From the NCBI GenBank assembly GCA_019057865.1, contig JAHLWP010000008.1, forward strand, positions 68,424 to 132,423: DNA of 64,000 nucleotides, written 5' to 3'. The notes below the pieces were generated by a model. The model saw only the letters and a program-made list of their open reading frames with translations, made no database searches and was not told the origin of the DNA. This stretch comes from Promethearchaeota archaeon. Its GTDB lineage: Archaea; Asgardarchaeota; Lokiarchaeia; Sigyniarchaeales; SOKP01. The position numbers were made by a program, and so were the translations under genes. Positions 10,288 to 20,744 of the stretch are shown in pieces. Each line of letters opens with the position of its first letter. Within the stretch, counting starts at the first letter, position 1.

Positions 10288-11442
10288 ATGGAAATAACTA
10301 GAAGTGAGGACTGTCTGATATTTAATGGTCTTACACCTGAAATTACTAGGATGAATAGAGTCTATGATGCATTCGCAGAATTTATGAGCAATAAACAGGC
10401 TAATGATCCATCCGATAGATTTAATTTTATTGTATTTCAAGAAGATGGTCCAAATTATTTAAATAATTTCACATTATATCCTGAATATATTATAGATACG
10501 TTGAAATCGTTAAATGCTACAATAACTAGGGCTAATGTAGCGGGAGGAATTTTTGTGGCTGTAACATTCATAATTGATGTATTTAAAAAAATTTCTGATA
10601 AATTTTTTCGTTTAATTATTCTTGTGGATGAAGGTTCTCGAAAAATTCCGCCTCAATTTATTCCTGTTTTGGAAGACCTAATTTATAAAGTTAAAGATAT
10701 GCCTTTTTTCATAGACGTTATACGTATTAATGACTATAATCTTCAAGAAGGAGAAAAACTGAATAAATTGGCTAAAATATGTAATGGTAAATTATATGAA
10801 ATACATAGAATTCGAGATCTTTTTCCGTTATTAGAAAAACTTTCAGAAAAGAAATATATTAAAATACCTGAATTTTATTTTAAACCAAGTGCCCCCCACA
10901 TTCCAAACGAAAACCAGCCGTTTTATATTAATCTGGCTGATGCTCCAATAGAGGTAGAAAAAACGTCAACATGTGCTATTTGCTTTCAAAAAGATAATTA
11001 TAATATTGTACAATGTCCATCATGTGAAACTTTAGCACATAAGACATGTTGGGCTCAGTGGGCTAAAACTACTAATATTGGAATTCCACATGTTTTTAGG
11101 TGCCATAATTGTTTTAATATATTAAAACTTGATAGTGATTTTGTTCATGATGTTCAAGCAGGGAGGTTACCTACTGCAGAACAATTAAGAGAAGTAAAAG
11201 TGCGGAATATTGTTGAATATTTACAGGATTTAGAGGCAAAACAAAAACCAGAAATAATTCATGTTCCTGACCCAATGGCAATAGAAGGGGTAGCTACTGA
11301 ATATATTGAAGAAGGTCCTCTGGAGGATAATATTTATGAGAGAAAAAAATCTGAAATAAATGTAATAATTTGCCCTAACTGTAGTAAAATTGCTACAAGT
11401 ATGAAAAAAAATTGCCCTTACTGTGGGTTTGAATTGTTTTAA
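10288..11442 (+). CDS. vWA-like domain + C4HC3 (PHD/RINGv-like) zinc finger + C-terminal zinc ribbon
   Basis: DRFNFIVF and RLIILVDEG vWA-like strands; CAIC..CPSC..H..C..CHNC; CPNC..CPYC. Confidence 0.6.
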   Translation: MEITRSEDCLIFNGLTPEITRMNRVYDAFAEFMSNKQANDPSDRFNFIVFQEDGPNYLNNFTLYPEYIIDTLKSLNATITRANVAGGIFVAVTFIIDVFKKISDKFFRLIILVDEGSRKIPPQFIPVLEDLIYKVKDMPFFIDVIRINDYNLQEGEKLNKLAKICNGKLYEIHRIRDLFPLLEKLSEKKYIKIPEFYFKPSAPHIPNENQPFYINLADAPIEVEKTSTCAICFQKDNYNIVQCPSCETLAHKTCWAQWAKTTNIGIPHVFRCHNCFNILKLDSDFVHDVQAGRLPTAEQLREVKVRNIVEYLQDLEAKQKPEIIHVPDPMAIEGVATEYIEEGPLEDNIYERKKSEINVIICPNCSKIATSMKKNCPYCGFELF

Positions 11443-11497
11443 TTTATCTAATTTCCTCGTATTTTTAGCTTATTTTTGAAATATTTCGATTTTCAGA

Positions 11498-11582
11498 TTA
11501 AATCTATTCGACCTATTGCTCTAAATGGTAATTCACTATGGAATTTGTCGTAATCAAAAATTCTCCTTCCATCTATGAGATT
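11498..11582. repeat. 85-bp direct repeat, copy 1 (displaced copy of the ugd 3' end)
   Basis: 81/85 identical to 12321..12405 by manual comparison. Confidence 0.92.
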
Positions 11583-11828
11583 ATAACAATTTTAGAAGAG
11601 AACTTTTGCTATTTTTTATCTTTAATTGAACTCTTACCAAAATATCAAAATAAAGGGATTGGTACTTAATTAAATAAAGATTTAATATTAAAGACAAATA
11701 AAAGTAATGAATGTATTAAATTACAAGTACTTAAAGTAAACAATAATGCTCAAAGACTTTATAAGCGTTTAGGCTTTTCAATTAAGGGCGAATCAGAAAC
11801 ACACTTTCAAATGATATACAAAAAATAA
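11583..11828 (+). pseudogene. 5'-truncated GNAT acetyltransferase remnant with internal TAA (11667-11669)
   Basis: Translates LLPKYQNKGIGT*...LQVLKVNNNAQRLYKRLGF, which contains GNAT motifs A and B. Confidence 0.8.
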
Positions 11829-11848
11829 TTGTCTTCTTAAAGATAGAC

Positions 11849-12106
11849 TTAATGATTTTGGAAGCTGGGAGTTTTTAGATCCATTATTTTATATTTGCTG
11901 GGGTTAAATATCCATTCGTTTTTACATTTTTTAGAACAAAAATAGTGCTTTGCAGGTTCTTGAGTGATATTTATAAAAACAAATTTGTAAGGTCTATCAT
12001 AGTTACCTTGATACTTTTTTACAGGTTTTCCACATAATTCACATTTTTTTTTCAAGAGAATCATACTTCCATTTATTTCTTCTGCGGAATCTTTAAATAC
12101 TTTCAT
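11849..12106 (-). CDS. Small TRASH/YHS-like metal-binding protein
   Basis: CELCGK ... YFCSKKC pattern. Confidence 0.6.
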   Translation of the reverse strand: MKVFKDSAEEINGSMILLKKKCELCGKPVKKYQGNYDRPYKFVFINITQEPAKHYFCSKKCKNEWIFNPSKYKIMDLKTPSFQNH

Positions 12107-12315
12107 TTTTTTGATTTTCTAATATTTTCCATTTTATCTTCTTCTACTCTTAATAGTATTCTAGTTTACCTATAAAATTATTGTTTCTGTTAATAATAAA
12201 TTAAAAGATGAATTTGCGAATCTGTTCCATTCTTAGTTCAAAATAGTGGTATAATTCACTTAAATAGCCCATCCACAAAATTGTCCAAAAAAATCTCTAT
12301 TCAGTTAATTGAGGT

Positions 12316-13674
12316 TTACTTTAAATTTATACGACCAATTGCTCTAAATGGTAATTCACCATGGAATTTGTCGTAATCAAAAATTCTCCTTCCATCTATG
12401 AGATTTGGAGTTTTCATTTTATTCTTAAAATCACTGGGATTTAAGGTTTTGAACTCATCCCACTCAGTGACTAAGAAAGTACATTCAGAATCTTTTAATG
12501 CATCTTCTATATTTTCAGCATATTGAATTCTATCTCCAAATACTTCTCTAGCTGTTACATTCGCTTTAGGGTCATAACCTATAATATCAGTAACATTTCG
12601 TTTTAATAATTCATTAACAATCCTAATACTTGCTGCTCCTCTCATATCATCTGTGCCTGGTTTAAATGAAAGACCTAATAATGTAACTCTTCTTCCTGCT
12701 AATTTACCAGCTAATTCTTCAGCAATATCAACAATTTTAACTGCCTGATCATCATTTATAGCCAGAACTGCTTCTAATAATCTAGAATGATATCCTTTAG
12801 CTTTTGCCCACGCTTTAATAGCATTTACATCCTTATGAAAGCAAGCACCACCGAAGCCAACTCCAGCACCTAAGAATCTTGGATTAAGTCTATAATCTAA
12901 CCCTACGCCTTTCATAACTTGGACAACGTCAACATTGGGAACTAATTGAGCAAAATTAGCAAATTCATTAGCATAACTAATTTTAGTAGATAAAAGACAA
13001 TTGTTTCCGTATTTTACTAGTTCTGCACTCTCAAGATTCATTCGTAAAATCGTACAATTTTTTAGATGATCCCCATAGAAGTACTTATAAAATTCTTGAA
13101 GCATTGCTCCACTCTTTTCATCAAATTCTCCAATAATGATTCTATCTGGGTGTAAAGTATCTTCAATAGAACGACCTTCAGCTAAAAATTCTGGTTGCAT
13201 ACATAATCCAAAATCTTTCCCTGGTTCTTTCCCTGATGTTTCTGTAATAATTTTACCCACTAAATTTCTTGTTGTTCCAGGAACAACTGTAGATCTGACA
13301 ACAACCAAATGGTATTTATCTATTTTCTTTAAACTTTCACCTATTTCTCTTGCTGTATTCTCAATGAAACTTAGATCAATACTTTTATCTTGTTTCATTG
13401 GAGTCCCTTGGGTAATCATAGAAATATCTGTTTCTATTATTGCTCTTATAGGATCTGTAAGACATTGTAAAAGGTGGGGTTTTTTTTTCTTAATTTCATC
13501 CATCATTTCTTGTAAACCTGCTTCAAAAAAAGGAGCTCTACCTCCGTTAATCATAGCAGCTTTTTTTTCATTATGAGTAGAAGCCAATACTTTAATATCT
13601 TTATTAGCAAAGCAAGCAGCAGAGCATAATCCAATAAATCCAGTCCCTAGGATTGAAACACTATATTTATACAT
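12316..13674 (-). CDS. ugd: UDP-glucose/GDP-mannose dehydrogenase family protein
   Basis: GTGFIG, STVVPGTT, PEFLAEG, GFGGACFHKD, FKPGTDD.R, IDGRR. Confidence 0.88.
   Translation of the reverse strand: MYKYSVSILGTGFIGLCSAACFANKDIKVLASTHNEKKAAMINGGRAPFFEAGLQEMMDEIKKKKPHLLQCLTDPIRAIIETDISMITQGTPMKQDKSIDLSFIENTAREIGESLKKIDKYHLVVVRSTVVPGTTRNLVGKIITETSGKEPGKDFGLCMQPEFLAEGRSIEDTLHPDRIIIGEFDEKSGAMLQEFYKYFYGDHLKNCTILRMNLESAELVKYGNNCLLSTKISYANEFANFAQLVPNVDVVQVMKGVGLDYRLNPRFLGAGVGFGGACFHKDVNAIKAWAKAKGYHSRLLEAVLAINDDQAVKIVDIAEELAGKLAGRRVTLLGLSFKPGTDDMRGAASIRIVNELLKRNVTDIIGYDPKANVTAREVFGDRIQYAENIEDALKDSECTFLVTEWDEFKTLNPSDFKNKMKTPNLIDGRRIFDYDKFHGELPFRAIGRINLK
12321..12405. repeat. 85-bp direct repeat, copy 2 (current 3' end of ugd)
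   Basis: Matches 11498..11582 at an offset of 823 bp. Confidence 0.92.
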
Positions 13675-13839
13675 AATAACTAGTTTTCTTTTTTTTTGAT
13701 TATATCAGATTTATAATATTAAAGTTTTAATATTTTTTTCCACATTAAATTAAATTATTCTGAAAAGGAAATTTCAAAAATCTTAAAATAATAAGAAAAT
13801 AGTATTACATTTATGAAATTTCAAAGGAGATTTTAAAAA

Positions 13840-15126
13840 ATGAAAGAATTGAGAAAAAAACTAAAAATCACAAAAAAAGCGTTAGATACAGTAAATAAAT
13901 TTCTTGTTGATGAGGATAACATTTTAATTAATAATTTAATTGATATAATCGAAAAGTATGGTGGCGTTGATGACATCAATAAGAAAGCTAAAGAAGCAAG
14001 TGAATTAGATAATCTACTAAGTAAACTAAAAAATAAGAAGCCTGATTATGCGCAGGATATAGAATGGTTAATTGAACAAAGAGATAATAACGCTTTTATT
14101 AGCATACCTGAATATAGAAAGAAAATCCTTGGAGAAAAATTTTCAGAAATGAGCTTTAATAAGGATTATGCTGTTACATTAGAACTTTCAGCTTGCCAAT
14201 ATTTTCCATTTTTTATGGATATAACAAGAGCAGCTATTGAAGATCAGAATTTAATGCCAGGTAGAATAATTCGTGTAAGAAAAATGAAAGAACAAGAAGA
14301 AGATGGTGATCTATTAGCAATGGCGGCTGCCATGCAAATTATTGGCGCAACTTATGTAGAAACATTAGATACCAAGGGAACTGCTCCTGGTCCTGATGGA
14401 TTACCAGTAAATGTACATCTTGGTGGACCCGAAACCATAACAGGTTATTTTGGAGGAGTGGGGCAACCTAATGATTTTGCATTAAAGTGGGTTGATGAAT
14501 ATCTTTATTATTATACTAATTATGGTATCAAGCAAGTTCTAAATATTAATCCTGGAACGGTTTTACTAGGATATTATATTCATAAATTAGGGATTAATAA
14601 CGAATTTAAAATATCAGTATATATGGGAAATGATAATCCATACGCTTGCCTGTGGACTCTTTTAACAGCTAAATTATTCGCCAGAGAAGATGGAACAAGC
14701 CCGTTGATTGGTTTTAATCTTGCTAACTCAGTAAATAATGAAACAATTGAACTCACTGCTCATATTAGAAAAGCATTTGATTTTGAAGATGTTATCAGAT
14801 TTGAACATCATGTGATTGAAACACAGAAAAGTATTGTACGCCAACCATATGATCGAAGAGAAGATTTATTGGAAGTTGCTATGAAAGTGAAAAATATCAG
14901 TGCTAAACATGAAGGTGGTGATGTAGAAATAGATAAGAATAGAGAACATCCTTCAGATATTTTAGATTATTTTAGGGATAAGCAAGAGATTATTGATTCA
15001 GGTCATTGGGAATTTATGCGTAGAAATCACCTTGATAGATATATTGCTATTAATACTACAGCAAAAGTATTAACTGAAAACGGTATTGATATTATTGCTG
15101 CCCAAAATCTTCATCAAGTTGATTAA
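13840..15126 (+). CDS. Hypothetical soluble protein, apparently co-transcribed with dapA-fae
   Basis: 428-aa ORF with AGGAG RBS and enzyme-like segments (ETLDTKG, HLGGPETITGYFGGVGQPN, KHEGGD); 22 bp from the next gene. Confidence 0.75.
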   Translation: MKELRKKLKITKKALDTVNKFLVDEDNILINNLIDIIEKYGGVDDINKKAKEASELDNLLSKLKNKKPDYAQDIEWLIEQRDNNAFISIPEYRKKILGEKFSEMSFNKDYAVTLELSACQYFPFFMDITRAAIEDQNLMPGRIIRVRKMKEQEEDGDLLAMAAAMQIIGATYVETLDTKGTAPGPDGLPVNVHLGGPETITGYFGGVGQPNDFALKWVDEYLYYYTNYGIKQVLNINPGTVLLGYYIHKLGINNEFKISVYMGNDNPYACLWTLLTAKLFAREDGTSPLIGFNLANSVNNETIELTAHIRKAFDFEDVIRFEHHVIETQKSIVRQPYDRREDLLEVAMKVKNISAKHEGGDVEIDKNREHPSDILDYFRDKQEIIDSGHWEFMRRNHLDRYIAINTTAKVLTENGIDIIAAQNLHQVD

Positions 15127-15148
15127 ATAATAGAGGTTTAAAGAAAAG

Positions 15149-16636
15149 ATGAGTAAGTTTGATTTTAGACCCACTGGAGTCATGGTAGCACTTGTAACGC
15201 CATTTAATAAAGATGAATCGATAAATGAAGACCAATTAAGGAATTTAGTTAATCATCTGATTGAACAAGGGGTTACAGGATTAGTCCCTGTCGGTACTAC
15301 TGGAGAGTTTGTAAATATGACTTTTGAGGAACGTATAAAAGTAATTGAAATTGTAGTGGATGAAACAAATGGTAGAGTTCCGGTAATAGCAGGAACAGGA
15401 GAGACAGGAACCAAATTAGTGATTGATGCTACAAAAGCCGCAACTGATATAGGTGCAGATGCAGTTTTAATAGTCACACCTTATTATTTAAAACCGAAAG
15501 CAAAGGGATTATATGATCATTACTACACTATTACTGAAAAAACAGATATACCTATAGTACTCTATAATATCCCTGCTTGTACGGGTGTAGAATTACCTTG
15601 GACTGTTGTAGAAGATCTCGTAGATATCGAAAATATTGTTGCTATTAAAGATTCTAGTGGTGATTATAAATATTTTTCAGCATTATTGGAAAAAGTAAGT
15701 GATAAGATTTCAGTACTTATTGGATGGGATGAAAATGTTTTAGGAGCTTTAGCTGGAGGTGCTGCTGGCTGTATCTTAGGTTCTGCAAATGTTTTCCCTA
15801 AAATTTGGCTCGAAATTTATAATCATGTAAAAAATAATCGTCTAGAAGAAGCTCAAACACTTCAAAAGAAGGTCCAAAAAATAGCAAGACTTTTAATAAA
15901 CTCAGGAGCATTAGGAGTTAAATCTTGCTTGAATATGATGAAAGTACCGGTTGGAAAAACTAGGCAACCAATTGTTTTAGGAGATGCTCTTTCTTATGAA
16001 ATAAAAGATGAATTAAGAGTTGAGCTTGAGAAATTAGGATTGATTGAAAAAACAGAAGTCCAATTTGAATTTGGAGAAAAACCACTAATAAGTCGTTTCT
16101 ATGCTGTTGGAATTACACCTAAGAAAATCACAGATTTTAAGTTAAAAGTAGGGGAATCATTAGTAGGAAATCGTGTTGAGCTTGCACATATTGATCTTCT
16201 AATTGGTGAAAAAGGTGGACCTGTTGGTAATGCTTATGCTCAAGCTTTAACTAATCCAGAAGAAGGACGTGAAGGTCTTCAAGTTATACTTGAGCCTAAT
16301 ATGCAAGTAAAACCACCAACAATTATGATCCCTACAGTTCGTCCAACTTCCCTTCGTCATGCTAGTCTAACTTATGGACCTGCACAAGCTGCAATAGCCA
16401 AAGCTGTAATGCAATGTGTTATAGATGGAATTCTCCCGAAAGAATTAACAGATGATATTCTAATAATCGTGAATGTTTTTGTCCATCCAAGTGCTAGTGC
16501 AAGAAAGAGAATCTTTATCAACAACTATAAAGCAACTCGTAATGCAATTCGAAAAGCAATGGAAGGCTTACCAACGGTTGATGATGGGATAGAAAATGCT
16601 GAAAATGCACGCCATCCTTTTCGTAACGATCCTTAA
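15149..16636 (+). CDS. DapA/DHDPS-family class I aldolase fused to C-terminal formaldehyde-activating enzyme (Fae)
   Basis: N-terminal GTTGE, YNIP, IKDSSGD; from about 16140 GESLVG, AHIDLLIG, GPAQAAIAKAV, VFVHP, NYKAT..AI.KA, HPF. Confidence 0.88.
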   Translation: MSKFDFRPTGVMVALVTPFNKDESINEDQLRNLVNHLIEQGVTGLVPVGTTGEFVNMTFEERIKVIEIVVDETNGRVPVIAGTGETGTKLVIDATKAATDIGADAVLIVTPYYLKPKAKGLYDHYYTITEKTDIPIVLYNIPACTGVELPWTVVEDLVDIENIVAIKDSSGDYKYFSALLEKVSDKISVLIGWDENVLGALAGGAAGCILGSANVFPKIWLEIYNHVKNNRLEEAQTLQKKVQKIARLLINSGALGVKSCLNMMKVPVGKTRQPIVLGDALSYEIKDELRVELEKLGLIEKTEVQFEFGEKPLISRFYAVGITPKKITDFKLKVGESLVGNRVELAHIDLLIGEKGGPVGNAYAQALTNPEEGREGLQVILEPNMQVKPPTIMIPTVRPTSLRHASLTYGPAQAAIAKAVMQCVIDGILPKELTDDILIIVNVFVHPSASARKRIFINNYKATRNAIRKAMEGLPTVDDGIENAENARHPFRNDP

Positions 16637-16829
16637 CTTTTCCTAAAATTATTTTTTCAATTTTTTATATTTTATTAATTAAATCTTTCAAGATTTTAAA
16701 TTTATAAACTAATTTTGTAGTTATTTAATACATTATAACCCGAATATTGATAATCTCAAATAAATATTAGAAACTAATAATAATATCAAATCCAAAATTG
16801 TAAAGATAAAATGAGATGAATTATAAAAA

Positions 16830-17315
16830 ATGTCAGAACAGATATTTCATTTAAAAGTGGGTGTAGAAGCTCCTGGATTTTGTCTTCCAGATAAAGATAA
16901 TAAGGAGGTATGTTTGAAGGATTTTAAGGGTAAATATGTAGTTCTTTATTTTTATCCAAAAGATAATACACCAGGATGTACAACTGAGGCTATAGGTTTT
17001 ACAGGGATTTTACCAGAATTACAAAAATTGGACGGTATCGTCATTGGAATTAGTCCAGATTCTCCTGAATCACATGCGAAATTTATTAAAAAGAAGAATT
17101 TAAAAGTAATCCTTTTGAGTGATGTTGATAAGAAGGTATTAAAGGCATACGGAAAATGGGGTAAGAAGAAATTTTTGGGTAAAGAATACATAGGTGTTAC
17201 TCGAAGTACTTTTCTACTAGATCCTAATGGAAATATAGCACACATTTGGCCGAAAGTCTCTGTAAAAGGACATCCAGAAGATGTTGAAAAAGTAATAAAA
17301 GAACTAATAAACTAA
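16830..17315 (+). CDS. bcp: Thioredoxin-dependent peroxiredoxin Bcp
   Basis: YFYPKDNTPGCTTEA and RSTFLLD. Confidence 0.9.
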   Translation: MSEQIFHLKVGVEAPGFCLPDKDNKEVCLKDFKGKYVVLYFYPKDNTPGCTTEAIGFTGILPELQKLDGIVIGISPDSPESHAKFIKKKNLKVILLSDVDKKVLKAYGKWGKKKFLGKEYIGVTRSTFLLDPNGNIAHIWPKVSVKGHPEDVEKVIKELIN

Positions 17316-17379
17316 ACTTCTTTTTTATATTATTTTTTATATGAAATTATAATTATAAAATCAAAATTACCTTTAAATT

Positions 17380-17964
17380 ATGAATGTTATAGATGCTATA
17401 AAAGAAAGGAGAGCCTATCGTTCTCTTGAATTTGTTGAAATCTCAGACGAATTAATTAATGACTTGGCTAATAAAGCACAAATTGCTCCTTCATGTATGA
17501 ACAAGCAACCTTGGAATTTTATTTTTATAAGAGAAAAAGAACAACTGGAAAGATTATTTACAGCTCTCTCTATTGGAAATAAATGGGTTGAAGATGCTTC
17601 AATGATAATTGCTATATTCAGTAAACCTGAGAATGATTGTATAATTGGTGAACGTCTCTATTATCTATTTGATATTGGAATCGCTGCTGCTTTCATTATA
17701 TTGCGAGCCACGGAACTAGGATTAGTAGCCCATCCAATAGCCGGTTTTAAAGAAGAAATAGCAAAAAAAATTTTAGAAATTCCTAATGAAATGATATTGA
17801 TTACGCTTATAATCATCGGAAAACATTCAAAAACTATTAACCCAATTCTTTCAGAACCAATGAAATTAGGAGAAAAGCAAAGACCTCCAAGAAAGCAATT
17901 AGGAGAGTTTATATTCCTTGAACGTTATAATAATAAATTTATTGAGAAAAGAGGTAAACAATAA
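17380..17964 (+). CDS. Nitroreductase family protein
   Basis: RRAYR, APS..NKQPW and ATELGL motifs. Confidence 0.88.
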   Translation: MNVIDAIKERRAYRSLEFVEISDELINDLANKAQIAPSCMNKQPWNFIFIREKEQLERLFTALSIGNKWVEDASMIIAIFSKPENDCIIGERLYYLFDIGIAAAFIILRATELGLVAHPIAGFKEEIAKKILEIPNEMILITLIIIGKHSKTINPILSEPMKLGEKQRPPRKQLGEFIFLERYNNKFIEKRGKQ

Positions 17965-20079
17965 ATGAATGATGAAATAATAAAAAGTTATAAGAATCAT
18001 TTATCAAATGAAAGAAGCCCTTATCTCCTTGAACATGCAAATGATCCCATAAATTGGTATCCCTGGGGAGAAGAAGCCTTTAAAAAAGCTAAAGAAGAGA
18101 ATAAACCAATATTTCTATCAATAGGTTATTCTAGCTGTCACTGGTGTCATATTTTTCAGAAAGAGTCTTTTTCAGATTCAGAAGTCGCATCTTCAATGAA
18201 TGAAGTATTTGTTTCAATAAAAGTGGACAGAGAGGAACGTCCAGATATAGACAAAATTTATATGACAGTATGCCAAATGATGACAGGAAGTGGAGGATGG
18301 CCTTTAACTATAATAATGACTCCTAACAAGAAACCATTTTTTGCAGGTACATACTTTCCGAAAGAAAGCCGCTTTGGGCGTATAGGGCTTATTGATTTAA
18401 TAAAAAGAGTAGAAAATCTCTGGAATAATAATAAGGATGAAATATTAAACTCTGCTGATCAAATTACAATATCTCTCCAGAATATTGATCAAGAAGCTCC
18501 AGGAGATAAAATCAGTGAAAAACTTTTAAATAAGACGTATAATCAGCTAAAAAATCAATTTGATGAAAAAAATGGAGGTTTTAGTGAACATCCAAAATTT
18601 CCTACTCCTCACAATATATTATTCTTGCTTCGGTACTGGAAGCGAACAGGAGAGAAGGAAACTTTAGAAATGGTAGAAAAAACACTCCAAGCAATGAGAA
18701 GAGGTGGAATTTATGATCATATTGGTTTTGGAATCCATCGTTATTCAACAGATTCAACTTGGCTTGTTCCTCATTTTGAAAAAATGCTTTATGATCAAGC
18801 ATTAGTTGCCATGGCGTATATAGAGGCATATCAAGCTACAAAAAATCCGGAATATAGGAAAATTACTCAAGAAATTTTTGAATATGTTTTACGTGATATG
18901 ACTTCACATGAGGGAGGATTCTATTCGGCAGAAGATGCTGATAGCGAGGGAGAAGAAGGAAAGTTTTATGTATGGTCAAAAGATGATCTGGAAATTATTC
19001 TTGATAAGGAAGAATTTGATTTAGCTATGAAAGTTTTTAATGTTAAAGATTCTGGAAATTATTTAGAAGAATCAACAGGAAAAAGAACTGGACAAAATAT
19101 ATTACATATTAACGATTCTTTTACAAAAATCTCAAGCAATCTTAGCATTTCGGAAAAAGAGTTAGTATCAAAAATTGAAAACATTAGTAGAAAGCTGTTT
19201 GAAGTACGTGAGAAGAGAATACATCCTCATAAAGATGATAAAATCTTAGTAGATTGGAATGGGTTAATGAATGCAGCATTAACTAAAGGAGCACAAGTCT
19301 TTAATGAAAATAAATATTTGAAAGCAGCTAAAAAAGCTACTGAATTTATATTATCATCATTACGTTTACCTAATGGTAGACTACTGCATCGATATAGGGA
19401 AAGTGTAGGTGAAATTAATGCATACTTAACAGATTATGCTTTCTTAATTTGGGGTTTAATTGAATTATACGAAGCTACTTTTGATATTTATTTTCTCAAA
19501 ACTGCGCTTGAATTGCATGAAATTCAATTAAAGCGTTTTTGGGATAATAATATTGGTGGATTTTTTTTCACGGCGGATGATAGTGAGGAGTTATTAACTA
19601 GACAAAAAGAAATCTATGACGGTGCTATTCCATCTGGAAATTCTGTAGCAATGTTAAATTTATTACGTTTAAGTTATTTCACAGGTAATCACGAATTAGA
19701 AGAAAAAGCAGATATAATAGGTAGAGTATTTACAGAAAAATTAAGTAATATACCTGTAGCTTATACAAATTTCATGATAGCGGCAGATTTTGCAATAGGA
19801 CCGACATATTCTTTGGTAATTGCTGGAAATACAGACAGTGATGATACTAATGAGATGGTAACAACAATAAGAAATGAGTATATTCCTAATAAAGTTCTAA
19901 TGCAAAGAAAAACAGAACAAAATCCACCAGATATAGACAAATTCTCTAACTTTGTTGAATATTTTGATAATCTTGAAGGGAAAGCTACGGCATATGTCTG
20001 TATTAATAAAACATGTAAACCTCCTACCCATGATCTGAATCAAATGATTGAATTTCTTAAATCAGATTGGAGCAATTAA
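17965..20079 (+). CDS. Thioredoxin-domain YyaL/SPATA20-family protein
   Basis: [41 protein letters not shown]. Confidence 0.9.
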   Translation: MNDEIIKSYKNHLSNERSPYLLEHANDPINWYPWGEEAFKKAKEENKPIFLSIGYSSCHWCHIFQKESFSDSEVASSMNEVFVSIKVDREERPDIDKIYMTVCQMMTGSGGWPLTIIMTPNKKPFFAGTYFPKESRFGRIGLIDLIKRVENLWNNNKDEILNSADQITISLQNIDQEAPGDKISEKLLNKTYNQLKNQFDEKNGGFSEHPKFPTPHNILFLLRYWKRTGEKETLEMVEKTLQAMRRGGIYDHIGFGIHRYSTDSTWLVPHFEKMLYDQALVAMAYIEAYQATKNPEYRKITQEIFEYVLRDMTSHEGGFYSAEDADSEGEEGKFYVWSKDDLEIILDKEEFDLAMKVFNVKDSGNYLEESTGKRTGQNILHINDSFTKISSNLSISEKELVSKIENISRKLFEVREKRIHPHKDDKILVDWNGLMNAALTKGAQVFNENKYLKAAKKATEFILSSLRLPNGRLLHRYRESVGEINAYLTDYAFLIWGLIELYEATFDIYFLKTALELHEIQLKRFWDNNIGGFFFTADDSEELLTRQKEIYDGAIPSGNSVAMLNLLRLSYFTGNHELEEKADIIGRVFTEKLSNIPVAYTNFMIAADFAIGPTYSLVIAGNTDSDDTNEMVTTIRNEYIPNKVLMQRKTEQNPPDIDKFSNFVEYFDNLEGKATAYVCINKTCKPPTHDLNQMIEFLKSDWSN

Positions 20080-20106
20080 TTTTTTAAATGGTTAAAAAAA
20101 TAAGAT

Positions 20107-20478
20107 TTAAGGTAATTTTTCAAACTTTTTATCAACAATTTCTTTTAATTCATCAATTGTTTTAACATCATTCATCTCGTCTTGCGAAATAAAAAGTTCT
20201 AATCCATTTTCAGTTTCTATATATGCTGAAGGATAAATAGCGCCTGTAATCTCATAATTTTTCTCAAACTCATCTTTATGTAAAAATTCTACATCAATCT
20301 TTAGATTATTAATGAACTTTTTCCAGTCTTTTTTCATTCCAAATGCTCCAAAGGTTTGCATACATAAATTACATTGATAACTGCTTGGACGTAAAATTTT
20401 TTTCCAAAAATCTTTAACTAAATTTATTACTCCCGAATCAGCATTATAAATAAATACTAATTTTTTTTTATTACTCAT
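20107..20478 (-). CDS. Hypothetical protein, thioredoxin-like (YNAD..CxxC)
   Basis: 123-aa ORF with RBS; LVFIYNADSG and YQCNLC. Confidence 0.65.
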   Translation of the reverse strand: MSNKKKLVFIYNADSGVINLVKDFWKKILRPSSYQCNLCMQTFGAFGMKKDWKKFINNLKIDVEFLHKDEFEKNYEITGAIYPSAYIETENGLELFISQDEMNDVKTIDELKEIVDKKFEKLP

Positions 20479-20744
20479 AAAAACCCCTCTTAACTATACT
20501 TAACCTGAGTATATAACAGATATCAAAAAATTTTAATCTAAGCTTAATTGAATATAAACTTTTTAGCAATTTTTAAAACAATTTATATGTTAAAATAAAG
20601 AAAAATTATTAATTTATTCAGATACAATCTTTTTCTAAATAATTACTGATTTAAATAAAGCTACAAATCTAAATAAAGCTGTTCGAAATTCAACATGAAT
20701 ATTATTATTTGTTTCTGTGATTATTTTTGAATTAGTCAAAGAAA

